A stretch of 64,000 nucleotides of DNA, taken from Lama glama. Lineage: Eukaryota. Shown piece by piece: positions 19,413-32,016 of this stretch (its first letter is position 1; every line of letters starts with the position of its first letter). The stretch is taken from the NCBI GenBank assembly GCA_028534125.1, contig CM052817.1, forward strand, positions 73,906,001 through 73,970,000, read 5' to 3'. The position numbers and the translations under genes were made by a program. The notes under the pieces were generated by a model, which was given only the letters and a program-made list of their open reading frames with translations, searched no databases and had not been told where the DNA came from.

Positions 19413-21530
19413 GGGGGCTGCCCAATTCTCACAACAGAAACCACGCATTCACTTGATATGCAACTTCCCATTTCATTAGAGGGCTGACCTAACTGGCCGG
19501 ATTAATGGGATACCCTGATATTTCCACTTCTAGCAAATACATGGCATCTCGTTTGAGTTTTTCCCCCATCCTCTTTAACTGTAAGCTAATTTGTGACCAA
19601 AGATAGCATCCTTCATTCTGGATGCTGTATCCACTACTTTGTTGTGTCTGTGCTAACCTGGGAACTGGCCACCTCCATTGTTCTTCTTGGCTTCTGCACA
19701 AGCTCCATGAAAATCCATTGAACAGAAGAACTTCACCTGCAGACCTCTTCCAATGATGACACATAGGAATCCTACAAAGAGAGATCTGTGTACAATGTAT
19801 ATAGCTAAAATGCTCAGATGGACAACATGTTAAAATTAAAACCACTGCCTATCATAACTACACTGGGCATCACAGAATAAAGGCCTCTAGAAATTGCTGA
19901 ACAATGGTTCATTAAGATATTGCTAACACAATCGAATGATAATACAGTTCTACTGCAAAAGAAGCACTTCAGACCTACCATGTCCTTAGAACTTCCAGAG
20001 TAGCCCTTGCTCCTAGTTAGCGATGGACTAATAACCTTGAAGAACTGTCCTAACTAAGCACTTACTGCTGATGCTGGCCAGCCGTGATTTATGACTTGCC
20101 AACAGCCACTGAGGGAGGGCAGGAAGGGAGCGGAGGTGACCAGAAGGAAACAATAAGGTACTCAGGTGCTGGCAGCTGCATCCTGTGCTGTCCGGCATCT
20201 TCAGGTCCTTTGGATTTGGGACACGTTGGCAGGGTATTTTAAAAAGCTATAACTACTGTAGTTTTCCAGTTTTCATTGCTGCTTTAGCAAACCACGCTGT
20301 CTTATTGGTGGTACTTTCTCCTGGCCACTGCACTGTAGATAATTCATTGGAAACAAGATTTGCCCACTACACAAATGGTTAAGCTCCTTCACCATGTTGG
20401 AGTGGTTTCTTCTTCTTTTGTTTTACCCCCCTCTGGGTTTATATCTTCTATGATACCTGCATGTAGCATTGAAGAATCAAAACCACAGTCCAGACCCCTC
20501 TTCTGATCACATTAATGGTTTTCATTCTTTTGACCCTCAGCAAGCACTGTTCACTTTTCAGCTAGGTCTGTTTTTTAGCTTGCAGACTAGATTGAGAAAT
20601 CCTGAAAAATTTGGTTTGGGTTAAAACTTTTGATTTATTTATTTGAAATCCAAACTCCCTTGGAAACTCTGAAGTGTGTTCGTGCACTTTCCTGTTTGTT
20701 TCAGAGAAGGGACTTTAATCATCTGAGTGATTTCCACGTCCTATTCCTTTTTCCTCTAGTGTTTGATGCTGTGTAGCATTTTAACATATATATATATTCA
20801 CAAATATATTCATATAAACAGTATACATTTTGAATCAGTTATTTGTTAAAGAAAAGTATATTCAATGAAGATGAGATTAAAAAGATTTTAAAAACCAGAG
20901 TCTATCCTCCAGGGATTGAACATTTTCCAATTCTATCTGGTCTTTTCCTGTTGTGCAAAAATGACTCATTGTTCCGAATGTCAAAAGCAAATACGACAAA
21001 CAATGGCACTTCATCATTTCAAGTCATGTTGCCAAGAGAGAAAATTTCCTGGGAGGGAGGTTTCCCACAAGCCAGATCTCCTCAGCCTCAAAGGCTAGTA
21101 CTGTTTGGCAGTTGGATAGGAAATAAAGCATTCTTTGGCAGCCAAAATGAAGGAGGCCAGTGGTGAAACTTTTTGAGACTCACCACGGCCTTCTTGTCCA
21201 AACCTTCACTGGAGCTCAAGAAAAGCATTTCTGTTGTGTTATTTGCAGTGCAGATGATGTCTGTGTAACAACATAATGGTTATTCACCTTTTTTTTTTTT
21301 CAGTTTTGATTTTTGCTGTGTAATCAGAAAACTTGAATACTGTGAGAAGAAGTGAATTTTCAGTTGACGAATCAGCATCTTGTTCCCATGGTGATAACAC
21401 TAATTGAATATATCTATGAGGGCATGTATTAGTTAACGGAAAAAAAATACAACACTAACAATACATAGCTGCAATGTGTACAATGGCTGATTTAATTAAA
21501 TAAAATGTACAAGTGTTAAATGTGGCAACA
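19244..21530 (+). other. ANK2: ANK2 3'UTR
   Basis: No interspersed repeats recognised from the stop codon to the poly(A) signal; AT/U-rich; contains several miRNA seed matches and a Pumilio element. 3' end approximate. Confidence 0.8.
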
Positions 21531-21547
21531 GTGATTGGTTCTTCTTT
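21495..21547 (+). terminator. ANK2: ANK2 distal polyadenylation signal
   Basis: Overlapping ATTAAA (21495) and AATAAA (21499-21504), upstream TGTA elements, downstream GU/U-rich gtgattggttcttcttt (21531-21547). Confidence 0.8.
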
Positions 21548-23600
21548 ATCACTCACGTGTGATTTCAGGAGATGAGAAACTTAATATTAGAGAGACAAGA
21601 TAGATGTGAAGCCAAAAGAAAGGCACGACTTGCTTTTGTTCTTTTTTTTTTAAACTTCATTGTGGTATAATTTCTGTAGAGTAAATTACACATATTTCAG
21701 ATGCACAATTGGGTGACTTTTGATGGATGTCTACACCTATGAAACCACCGCCACAATCAAGATCCCTAACGATTCCATCACTCCCCAAGACGTGCAAGTT
21801 TCTCGTTTTCCTTTGGTAGCAGAATGTGTGATATGCCCAACTCTGTATTAAGCCCTGGGAGGAATAGAAAGATGTTGACCCTGCCCTCAGAGAAATTTTA
21901 TTGCTACTCTTATGCAAAGGGGGAAAATAAATACTGATTTTTAGTTTGGGGATCGCTAGTAAATGAGAAATAGGAATATGGGGGTTGGAGGAGGTGAGGA
22001 GAGAGGGTAACCAGGGGTCAGCAGCACAGCCTGGGGCCCCATTTCACTTCTCTCCTATAAGGTCAGGACTCTCCGAAAACACCTCCTGCCTTTGGGAACA
22101 GCATTTCGCTCTGGGTTTCTATTCATCTCTTATAGCCTGAGAATTAGAAATTATAAATTGATCCATTAATATAAAGACAAGGGCTGGAATATGCAAAACT
22201 GAAACTTGTTCTATTTGGAGTGTATTTTTTGGTTTTTGAAAAATCCCCTTAGTGTTGCTGTAATAATATTTTTCTACTGCAAAAACAGAAAGACACAGTT
22301 TAAAAACTGAGTAGGTTTTATTTCCATCTTACCCAGTATGCGATAGGAAGCTCTTCTGCCTGGTTGATTTACAAGATCTTCCAAAATTAAAGTACCAACT
22401 ATGCTTGAAATTTTTCAAAGAAAAGAATCAGAGTTAAAAAAAATTTCCCCAAGTAGGAGTGTGTGTGTGACCATCCGTCTTCCACCCACCTGTTTCATGT
22501 GCTGTGCTTTCTGCTGACAGAAGCTCTGGGCTTCCATTGCCTTGAGTTTGATCAAGGAGATGAAAGCATCAGAGGCTGCTCAGTGTCTTCCCACGTTTTA
22601 TTGTGTGGTGTGCAGACCCCAGTACAAAAAGAACAGTGGTTTACATGACCTTTTACAGAAATACATTTAAAGTGTAAGGTGAGGCAGAACCCTCCAGACT
22701 GAGGGAAGATTATGTGCAGCTCATAAATGACTTGAATTAGCCATAAGGAGGTGCAAATTCCGTGCAGGCACATTGACACAGACTTGAATTTGAACTTGAA
22801 GTTGCCCGTGTCATTTAATTTATGTCATCACAGAAGGTCTATGTGTGGGCAAGTAGACAAGCACATGAGTAAAACAGATAAAGGGAAGCTAAACAAATAT
22901 TTAATGAGAACCCAAATCACGACAGGCTTTTCTTGATTAATGGCACAAAGATGGTCTGCTTGTTTTCATTACACTTTTGAAAAGAACTGTTTGAAAGTCT
23001 GTCTTCAGCTGCTGCTACCTGCTTGAAAACACACTCTCCTTCCTTCAGTTAAGGTATGATTTCTGTTTCTGATCTAATTGAAGTTACAATTACAATCACA
23101 ATCTCAGAATGAATCACCTAAGTAAAGATGTAATACAACCTTTTCTCACTCTAATAATAGAAACATTTAAGAAAATCTTCAACTATCATAAGAAAAATTT
23201 TCATTCCCAAATCCTGCACACAAGTTAAAATATTCTTTTTTGGTTACATTCAGACTTGCTGGGAAAAACAAAAGTACTTGCTTGCTTGCTTTGAATTAGC
23301 TCCATGGTATGGAGTAAATGATATGTATGAATATACTTTGGGTAGAGCTGTTATGGACAGTAGCCAGAGATATGACAGCAGTATTTGTAGTACTTTAGTG
23401 GGTCTCTTCAATCAGTGGAAGTGTTCAGTTGACAAATCCTTGAGATGTTTCAGTGAAGTAATATGACACAAAGGTTAAATAGGTGATTTTGGATAAGACT
23501 GGATTGGAATCAGTCCAGCTATGTCAATATTTACATGACTTCATGAAAGTTTACCCTCTGGAACACAATTCCTTCATCAATAAAATAAGAGGTAATAATA

Positions 23601-23808
23601 CAGTCATATCTCGTTAGCCCAGGGGGATCAGTTCCAGACCCCCACGATACCAAAACCCGCAGATGCTCAAGTTCATTACGCAAAATTGTGTGGTAAAGTC
23701 AGCCCTCCAAATCTGTGGGTTCCACATCCAGGGATTCAACCAAAGAAAAACTGATCTGCAGTGGGTTGAATCCATGAACGTGGACCGAGGGTAAGGAGGG
23801 CTGACGGT
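23601..23808 (+). mobile_element. TcMar-Tigger MITE (MER2/Tigger9-like)
   Basis: ta|cagtcatatctcg...ggggatcagttccagacccccacgataccaaaacccgcagatgctcaagt...; partially inverted ends. Confidence 0.75.
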
Positions 23809-24589
23809 GCCTGCTTCAGAATCCTCTGGCCTCACCGGACCAGGGGAGGGCAGCCAGTCCTGCCCCATTTGTCAACCCCTCTAATCCGGGAGTGCCACGG
23901 TGGCCTGTGTGTCCTTGAAGGCCATTAGTTACAGACTCATACTTGTGACCTTCCGCTTGTGTGGGGAGGAGTGAGCTCTGGGTAGGTATTGAAAGTATTA
24001 GCCTTTCAGGTCAGAGAATAGAGTTAAGTGCTTGCTCTCAGGGGCTCACGCGACACGCTTGTCAGCTCGCCCTTCGACTCACTTCCCCTTCAGAGGAAGG
24101 GTTCTTCAGAGTCTCTTTTTCTTCCCAGGCCCTAAAGCATGGTTCTGGTTTCCCATCCTTTTTTTAAACTTCCCACACATACTCTATTTTTGGTTTTCAT
24201 TTTTCTTCACTTTCAAAACTGTGGAATTAGATAAAGCCACCCAAATTCCCCTACTGAATGTTCCCCACTGGCAGCAGGGCCAGCTCAGCTGCTTCAAAGA
24301 GAAGTGCTGGCAGGGCCCTGGGCTGATGGAGGTGGATGTGAACACAACAGCTGGCTTTGAGGATGTGCAGAAACAATGGGTTTACAATGTCAGCATGAAA
24401 TACACATCGAGCCTGTTTTTCTTGGGCGTGGACCAGAGTTCAGCGCTCCTCCAGGCTGTGACAGAAGGCTTCCATGGCACTCGCATAGCAGCAACTTCTG
24501 AATGAGTTGGATCCCATGTGAATTTTCCAAGTAACAAATAATTGATAGCTCAGAAAATGGCCTCCACAAGCACATGCTGTCACCCCTGA

Positions 24590-24795
24590 GAGTCACAGGT
24601 GGTCGTTGGCATCTCTAGAGCCGGTTGGTGACACAGGAGACAACCTGGGGTTCTGACTAGTGTCTGAAGCTGGGGCAAGAGGAGTGGGGTGAAGGAAGGG
24701 ACAGTCTTGTAAGACCCAGCCCTTAACCGGTGGGATCTGATGCTGTCTCTGGGTAGATGGTGTCAGATTTGACCCATCCAGCTGGTGTCATGGAA
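24590..24795 (+). mobile_element. MER21-like LTR fragment
   Basis: gacaacctgggg...cccttaaccggtgggatctgatgctgtctctgggtagatggtgtcaga; homologous to 34520-34660 in this window. Confidence 0.75.
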
Positions 24796-24802
24796 CCCCC
24801 CC

Positions 24803-24803
<1 letters not shown>

Positions 24804-24838
<35 letters not shown>
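24804..24838. repeat. (CA)n microsatellite
   Basis: Directly visible. Confidence 0.97.
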
Positions 24839-24840
<2 letters not shown>

Positions 24841-24879
24841 AGTTGGAAACAGAACACCTTTAGGGAGATAATCAGGGAA

Positions 24880-26070
24880 GAAATAATTATATAAAAAAAT
24901 TACCTAACTTTATGTAAGTAAATTTAGAAACCTGAATAAAAGAGATGATTTTGTTTAAACAGAAATTACTAAAATTGATCACAGAAGAGACAATAAAGGT
25001 AAACCCCAATGTGATGGCTAATTTAATCTGTCAACCTGACTGGGCTGACGGATGCCCAGATGGCTGGTACCACATTATTTCTGGGCGTCTGTGCGGCCTT
25101 TTTCAGCGAGTTTAGCGTTTGCTGGGCAGACTGGGTAAAGATCCGCCCTCACTAGTACAGGTGAGGCTCATCTAGTTCATTAAGGGCCTAAACAGAACAA
25201 AAGGCAGATGGAGGATGAATTTGCTTTAGCTAGGACATCTATCTTCTGTCCTTAGATGTCAGTGCTCCTGGTTCTCCAGCCTTGGGACTTGGACCAGAAC
25301 TTGTACAGTGGTCCCCTGCTTCTCAGGCCTTCGGGCTGGGCTGGAACTACACCACGGGCTTCCGTGGGCCTCCTGCTTGCAGACAGTGGATCGCAGGACC
25401 TCTCAGCCTTCAAGATTGCGTAAGCCAGTTCCTCACAATAGGTCTCTTTCTGTCTACTTATATATGTCCTATGGGTTCAGCTTCTCTGGAGAACACTGAT
25501 CTTAATACACTCAGTGACTGTGGGAGAAATTAAGAAAGTAGCCAAAGATTTAACCCCCCAAGAAAGCACCAGAACTCTGTGCTGTCACAGATGGATTCTA
25601 TTAAGCTTTAATTACACAGATAATTCCAATAGCATTTACACTGCCACAGGGCCCTGGGAGAACAGAAAATTTCCCTTTTTTCATGTTTTTTTTTTTTACA
25701 AAGCAACATATCTTTGGTACCAAAACTGGACAGGATACAATCAAAAACATTCAAAATAACATTAACAAAAACCCATAGACCAGTTTTTCTAAGGCATAGC
25801 TATGTAAAAATCACAAATAAAATAGCAAATATAATTTGGCACACACTTTAAAAAATAATAAACTCTGACCAAGTGACTCCATTCCAAAATGCAAAAATGG
25901 CTCATTACTAGTAGCTGTTAATTTAATTACTCACATTGAAAGGTAAACAGAGAAAAACAATCTGTGATCATTTCTATAGATGGCCAAAAGGCATTTGGTA
26001 AAATGTAGTATCCAGTCTTGATTTTTGTATCTTTTTAAGAAGTCAGAAGTCATATATTCTCCCTTAAAAT
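24880..26070 (+). mobile_element. ancient L1 ORF2 fragment interrupted by MLT2
   Basis: aaatttagaaacctgaataaaagagatg... before the LTR and gaaattaagaaagtagcc...aagaaagcaccag...tctatagatggccaaaaggcatttggtaaaat after it are collinear L1 ORF2-like sequence. Confidence 0.65.
25010..25509 (+). mobile_element. ERVL solo LTR (MLT2-like)
   Basis: tgtgatggctaatttaatctgtcaacctgactgggct...ttctctggagaacactgatcttaataca; TG...CA ends, 500 bp. Confidence 0.9.
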
Positions 26071-26639
26071 GATCAGCACTTTCTTAACAAATGTTCAAAT
26101 AAATTAATGTTCAAATAAGTTGGTTAAGAACATTTAAGTCATGCCCATCTTGGCACAGCTTTTGCAATGAGAGAGAAAACCTCATCTCTGACTCCATACC
26201 ACACACAACCACATGTCTCTCCTCAACGGCCTTCAGCATCATCAGTGTCATAAGACAAAAAAAGAACAATTTAGTAACATGTTTCATGTTCTTTATTCAA
26301 GGGTTTGGGGGCAAGAGTGAGCTTGATAGAACACTAGAGGAGGCAACTCGGAAATGGCACGATTGGCCAGGAGGTCATGTATTCCCTTACAAGGTTTGCA
26401 GGTCCTATTTTCTAGAGTCAGGTAAGCTAGCCAAAGCTAAGTCGGAGGCTTGTGATCAGTGTGATTGGCATATTACGTTTCTTTGACAGTGGGGGCTGAC
26501 TGAGATTTGTGACGTGGGCCAGACCACTGGGGCAGGCTCCATTTTGTGAATTCCAATATACAGATTACCTTTATCACCAGCAAAAGCATTCCTTTTTTGT
26601 TTCTTTTCCTGCCACACCCCCCAACCAGGGTTTTTTTTT

Positions 26640-27050
26640 TTTAATTTTAGTAAGATTTTCAGAATTTTCATACAGTTGATGTATAATATTATGTTACAAA
26701 TGTAAAATATAGTGATTCACAATTTTAAAGGTTATACTCCATTTATAGTTATTATAAAATATTGGCTATAGTCTCTGTGCTGTACAATATATCCATGTAG
26801 CTTATTTTATACATAATAGTTTGTTCCTCTTAATCCTCTACCCCTCTCTTGCCCCTCCCCTACTGGTAACCACTATTTATTTTCTATATCCATGAGTCTG
26901 TTCTTTTTTGTTATATTCACTAGTTTGTTGTATTTTTTAGATTCCACATATAAGGGATATCACACAGTATTTGTCTTTCTCTGTCTGGCTGATTTCACTT
27001 AGCATAATACCCTTTAAGTCATCTATGTTGTTGCAAATGGCAAAATTTCA
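26640..27050 (-). mobile_element. L1 3' end (laurasiatherian)
   Basis: tatagtgattcacaattttaaaggttatactccatttatagttatt...ttagattccacatataagggatatc...cacttagcataatac. Confidence 0.85.
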
Positions 27051-27415
27051 TTGAAAATATTCCCATTTTCATTTGTATCAAAGCTTGTTCACCTGTCTCT
27101 TTGTAAAGTAATATCATTTATGGAATATTTATGAATCATCACATGTAAATGATTCAAAATTAATACATTCATGAAATTATTTAAAGCAAAAGAATAGAAA
27201 GAATGTGTAACAAATAGAGGATTCTTCTGTTTGTTACATGATGCAAATCGAAATAATTTACATGTAAGATGTATTCACAAATGATGTTGCACTTTTGAGC
27301 AAAATTTGTTCTTAATAGGAAATTACTTTTACTTCATTGGCTTTTGTCTAGTAACCTGGATTTTTAAAAATAAATTAAAGGCACTAAGGATTTTCCATTT
27401 GGATTTTTTCCCAGA

Positions 27416-27794
27416 CTAATGGTATGTGTACAATTCTCTCTCATGACACTGGGCAGTGGCCACAGCTCCCAGTCAGCCATGCCATCACAAGGATAAACAT
27501 CTGATACACTTACAACAGTTCTGTCCCCAGATAACCGTTCTGTTTTTCACTCTCAGTAGAGAACTCAATAAATTACATGAGGTATTCAACACTTTATTAT
27601 ATAGTAGGCTTTGTGTTAGATGATTTTGCCCAACTTTAGACGAATGTAAGTGTTCTGAGCATGTTTAAGGTAGGCTAGTTTCAGCTATGATGTTTGGTAG
27701 ATTAAGTGTATTAAATTCATTTTTGACTTACAATATTTTCAACTTTCAACGGGTTTATCAGGACATAACCCCACTGTAAGTTAAGGAAGATCTG
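27416..27794 (-). mobile_element. TcMar-Tigger element (MER47/Tigger5-like)
   Basis: Ends ...gggtttatcaggacataaccccactgtaagttaaggaagatctg|ta; internal gtaagtgttctgagcatgtttaaggtaggctag. Confidence 0.8.
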
Positions 27795-27970
27795 TATGCA
27801 AAAAGAGGAATAATTCTGCATATGATTTGTATGGAAAGAATTTTAGCTACTAGTAAATATAAATAGTAACAAACATCTAGCAGTTTTAACTTTCATTTCA
27901 TAATGCAAATAGCATATAGACTTTGGTACATGCCTGTTGAAACTTCTGCGAATAAGTAGTTCTTGTTTTA

Positions 27971-28170
27971 CAGATGACCCTTGAACAACACAGGTGTGAA
28001 CTGTGAGGGTGCAGTTATATGCAGCTATTTCTCAATAGTAAATACTGTAGTACTTACACAATCCTCAGTTGGGAAATGTGGATATGGAACCACAATACTG
28101 AGGGCCTGCTACAAGATATACCCGAAATTTCAACTCCACGGAGGCTCAGTACCCCTAACCCCCACCCTCC
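27971..28170 (+). mobile_element. Tigger2a-like MITE
   Basis: ta|cagatgacccttgaacaacacaggtgtgaactg... is a Tigger2 terminal sequence. Confidence 0.8.
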
Positions 28171-28577
28171 CATATTCAGAAATGAACTGGATGATCTTTT
28201 TTCTATTATTGTTCATAAGAAAATTTCCCCAACGTGCCACTAGAGGGCAGCAGACGATAGGTCATTTGCCCAGCGGCTCCAAGTGGTGGTCGCTACAAAT
28301 AGAGTGGAAATCTCCCAGCTCTGGAGATCTGTGACTGGAAAAGTTGCTGGACTTTTCAAAATCTCAGTTTTACTGGGAAAATGGGGAGGGGGTGTGGGCT
28401 GGAAGACTTTAAGACCTCTGCCAGCTCTAACAGGCTGTGATTGTAGCTTGCAGTCAGATTCACATAGTGACTACAGTGACCGTTCAGTGAAAATTTAACC
28501 ACATTTAAGTTTAATTATTAAACAAGTAAAAGCTATTTAAACCCAAATCTGTTTAGATATTATTCTATTCTTTTAAA

Positions 28578-28810
28578 AATAGCTAACAGTTTTTGAGAGC
28601 TTCTTATGAGCAGATACTGTTCTAAGCACTTTGCTTGTACACTACAACGTTCCTGTTGAGGTACATGGAGTTAGCCTTCCCATTTTGCAGCAGAGGAAGG
28701 TGAGGTACAAAGAAGTGAAGTACTTGCCCAAGGTCTCGCAGCCAAGAGTGGTAGGGCTGGGATGTGAGGGCTCTGATGCCAGAAGCCACATTTATAATAA
28801 CTGCTCCATC
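28578..28810 (-). mobile_element. MIR SINE
   Basis: cccattttgcagcagaggaaggtgaggtacaaagaagtgaagtacttgcccaaggtc (antisense MIR core). Confidence 0.8.
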
Positions 28811-29789
28811 ATATTGGGAATTATTTGTGTAATGAAAGGCAGCCCAAATGTCTAATAAAATGTTATTAATTGTAGCTGGCTGGCAAGTCAGTTTTGTCTT
28901 TATAGAAAATGACTTTCTTGGGAGCTTTTCCGAAGCATATAATCATGCAATTGCATCCTGTACCTTGTTATTTAAGCAATATTTTGTTACCATAAAAGCA
29001 CTGTAATCTCTCCATTGCAATGGCTGTTGATCTCCACGCTAATCTCTCCCTCTCTCCTCTCCACAGCCGCTGCGAATGTTCCCCCATAGCTTTTCCCAGC
29101 TTAATTTAAGACAAACTTGACTAGAATCTGCTGTTCCCCCAAATCCATTCCATATCTCTCCCATCCTCACCTTTCAGGCCAAAATTTCCAACTACCGTTC
29201 CCAGGTAGGTAGAGAGGAACCTAGAGGAAGGGAAGAGCACAGCCAGGAAGGAGGGCGTGTGTAAGGCAGTTTCAGGGACTAGGAATAGATCAGTTTTCAA
29301 GACGGAGGAAGCTAGTTTTGGGGAATGATGAGAAGTAAATCGGAGAAGATTTTTAACATTAAATTACAGATAGTCTTGAATACCAGGCTTTGGAGTCTGG
29401 ATGCTATGTGGTTGGCCCTACACAACCACAGCAGATACTTGACCAGGAAAGTGCTGGGTAGAATGGGTTGAGGCGGTAGAGACAAGAGACAGAGAGCAGT
29501 CGTGCGGTCCAGGAAGGAGGGTCGAAAAAAACACCAAAAAGAAAAGAAAATCCTGATGGTGATACCAAAATCAACCTTTTTGAAAATAACCTTTTTATAA
29601 AATTGAATACAACTATCAAGGACAGGGTTTATTAAAATAAAGCTGTAACGTGTTCTGACTGACAAGCAGCTGATAAATTTTCGGAGAGTTGCTGGTATGT
29701 GGGGTAAAATGTTATTTTGCAAAGGAAAAATGCATATACAAATACATGTATGCGTAACTAACGTTCTGGAAAAAAACGAGGGATTAGGA

Positions 29790-30280
29790 GGGGTGGTCTG
29801 TGGCGCGCATGCGTGTCCGCGCACGCATGCGCACACGTGATTTGGCCCGAGGGCCTGTTTCAGTCCTGCGGCTCTGACGGCAGCTCCGATCTCTGGAGCC
29901 CGTCTGCCGGCTGCTTGATAACTGCCCACCTAACCCCAGCTACCAATACTCTGTTTTGGGGGCCGCCTCACGCTGCATGTCCTCATACTGAGTTCTTCTT
30001 GCGCCACCTCAAGGTCAGTCCCCCTTCCCTGTCCGCTTGGCCGTTGTGCCGCTTGCCCTGTGAATCTCTGGAAGTGCAGGCCGTACCAGGGCAGACCTGC
30101 TCCTTGCCTCTGCGCTGCCCCGGTGGACCGCTTCGCACTCTTTGGGCCGGAGCAGGCGGTGTCGGTCTCCTCGGTTACAGAGAACACGTGCTTACCGTGC
30201 AGGTGGCTTCCATGAAGCTCCCCGTGCTTAGCTGGGGAGTGAGAGGGGAGCTCACAGGACGTCAGCGGTCTCAGCAAGGT
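29790..30280. promoter_or_regulatory. CpG-rich putative promoter with tandem NRF1 motifs and E-box
   Basis: GCGCATGCGT (29805-29814), ACGCATGCGCA (29823-29833), CACGTG (29834-29839); local CpG/GC enrichment against an AT-rich background. Confidence 0.6.
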
Positions 30281-30281
30281 G

Positions 30282-30688
30282 CAGGCACCCTCAGTTTTCG
30301 AAAGTTCACTTCATGCCACGTCACCTTTACGAAACACCTACGTAAGTACCTGTTTTCACTAGCTGAATTTAGGATTTTAGTGTATACGGGAAAAGGCAAA
30401 AATCAAAAATAGCGTTCAGTGTTTGTTTTGCAGGAGCCCTTATAGGGGCAGCGCGTGTCCCCAGCCGCAAGAGCCCCACCTCCAAGCTCCTTCCCCCAGA
30501 CTACACTTGGCAACTCAGCATCAGGCCACCATACCTTTGAGCCGTGTCTGTGAGCATCTGTGCTTTTTTTCTCCATTTATTTTGTGTACCCGTTAGCCGG
30601 ATGTGACCTTTAGGTCTTTGCTCTGTGTCATTTCGGCTTACAGAGATTTCCTGGGAACGCTGTACTTTCAGTTAGCAGAGGAAACTTG
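30282..30688. mobile_element. Tigger/pogo-family non-autonomous DNA transposon
   Basis: Imperfect TIRs caggcaccctcagttttcgaaagt ... actttcagttagcagaggaaacttg, followed by TA. Confidence 0.7.
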
Positions 30689-32016
30689 TACTCCACGCCG
30701 TCAGTCTTGGCTCTTCTTTCACGGTCCCCTTTCTGTTAGATTCTTGCCGAGTGAGTGATGAGCTCGGGTTGCCAAACTGGTTTCACAAACTCAGCTTGTC
30801 CTGCATGGGGGGATGGCCAAGCACCTATGGTTCTTGCCCTTTGGGCCTTGCAAACACTCCAAGCTCTGAGTCAGCAGAAAAGTATCATTTAGCATCTGAG
30901 ACACATGCATGCACACGCACTTGGTCACACTCACAGGTTCTCACACTCATACACATAGGCTCTCACACATTCATGCACAACATGGAGAAAGGACAAGATG
31001 ACATCTGCTAGTACAAGAATTAACTTTTATTCTTTTTCTATTCTGTGCTTTCCAGGTTTTCTGCTTTGAAAATATACTCCTTTCACAAGTAACAAAACAG
31101 TGTATATTGTAAAATAGAAGGAAATAAAAGCAAAATAAATTTTATATAATATACCTGTTCCAATTTAGTAAAACTGTAATATGTCTAATGACCCATTAGA
31201 CTCATTTCTATTTGTGAAACTTCATAGTTTCATTCCTTACCTTGCAGAAATCCTTACTAACTTACGTCATAAAATAAGTGAAATATTTATATATTTTAAG
31301 TTATTGAACCTTAAAAAGGAGACCTTACAATTGTGCTGATTTCACATTTAGTTGAAAGTTCAGTTTGGAGCTTTATATTGCATTAGAAATTGTTGTGGCT
31401 CATAAATATTTATTTAGAAAATCTGATTAACGCATGAATGTTCTTCCTCTCCTTCAGATAATCACAGCATAAGCCCAGAATCACACATGTAACGTTAACA
31501 ACTTCGCCCCCACCCTCTCATCTCACCACAGACTGGGGCTTCTGAATGTGCTTTCATTCTGGCCTCGTATATCACAGCCACTTTGTCATTGCTAATGAGA
31601 GTTATAGGTGACCCTAAATTTGGCCAACAACTAACTCAACAAAACAGTCAAAAGGTTGATTGGAATTTCCACTTTCAAAATAAATTTTTGAAAACAATTT
31701 TTATAAACCAAATCTGAACTTGGGTTTACATATAAGGAAGTTAATATTCTTAATTATCCATCCCTCTGCTTGTAGTGGAATGTGAAGGTGACAATGAATC
31801 ACATCCCCTCTCCTGTGAGTTCTCAGCCAGATGGGGAAAACTTTTAGGGGTAAAGATCAGTTTTAATTTGGTAAGTAAAGTAGGATTACACAGGGGTCTG
31901 GAACCAAAATTAGGCTTCCTACTCTGTTTCTACTTTTTTGTACTGACTTTTCCACTCAGTTTCAGGGTGGGTGAAGAGGCTTTGCCCTGATGACCTTTCT
32001 TTTCACGTGGTGGCAG

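Noticed and set aside
24032..24505. 157-aa + strand ORF downstream of ANK2
   Set aside because: Non-ATG start, low-complexity F-rich part, no homology recognised, no convincing exon boundaries.
28375..28398. G-quadruplex-like motif (another at 33358-33379)
   Set aside because: Isolated intergenic G-runs with no supporting context; expected by chance.
29312..30412. Longest ORFs in the track (205 aa on -, 199 aa on +)
   Set aside because: No recognisable domain. They span the GC-rich block where stops are rare, and the + ORF runs into a DNA transposon. Treated as chance ORFs.
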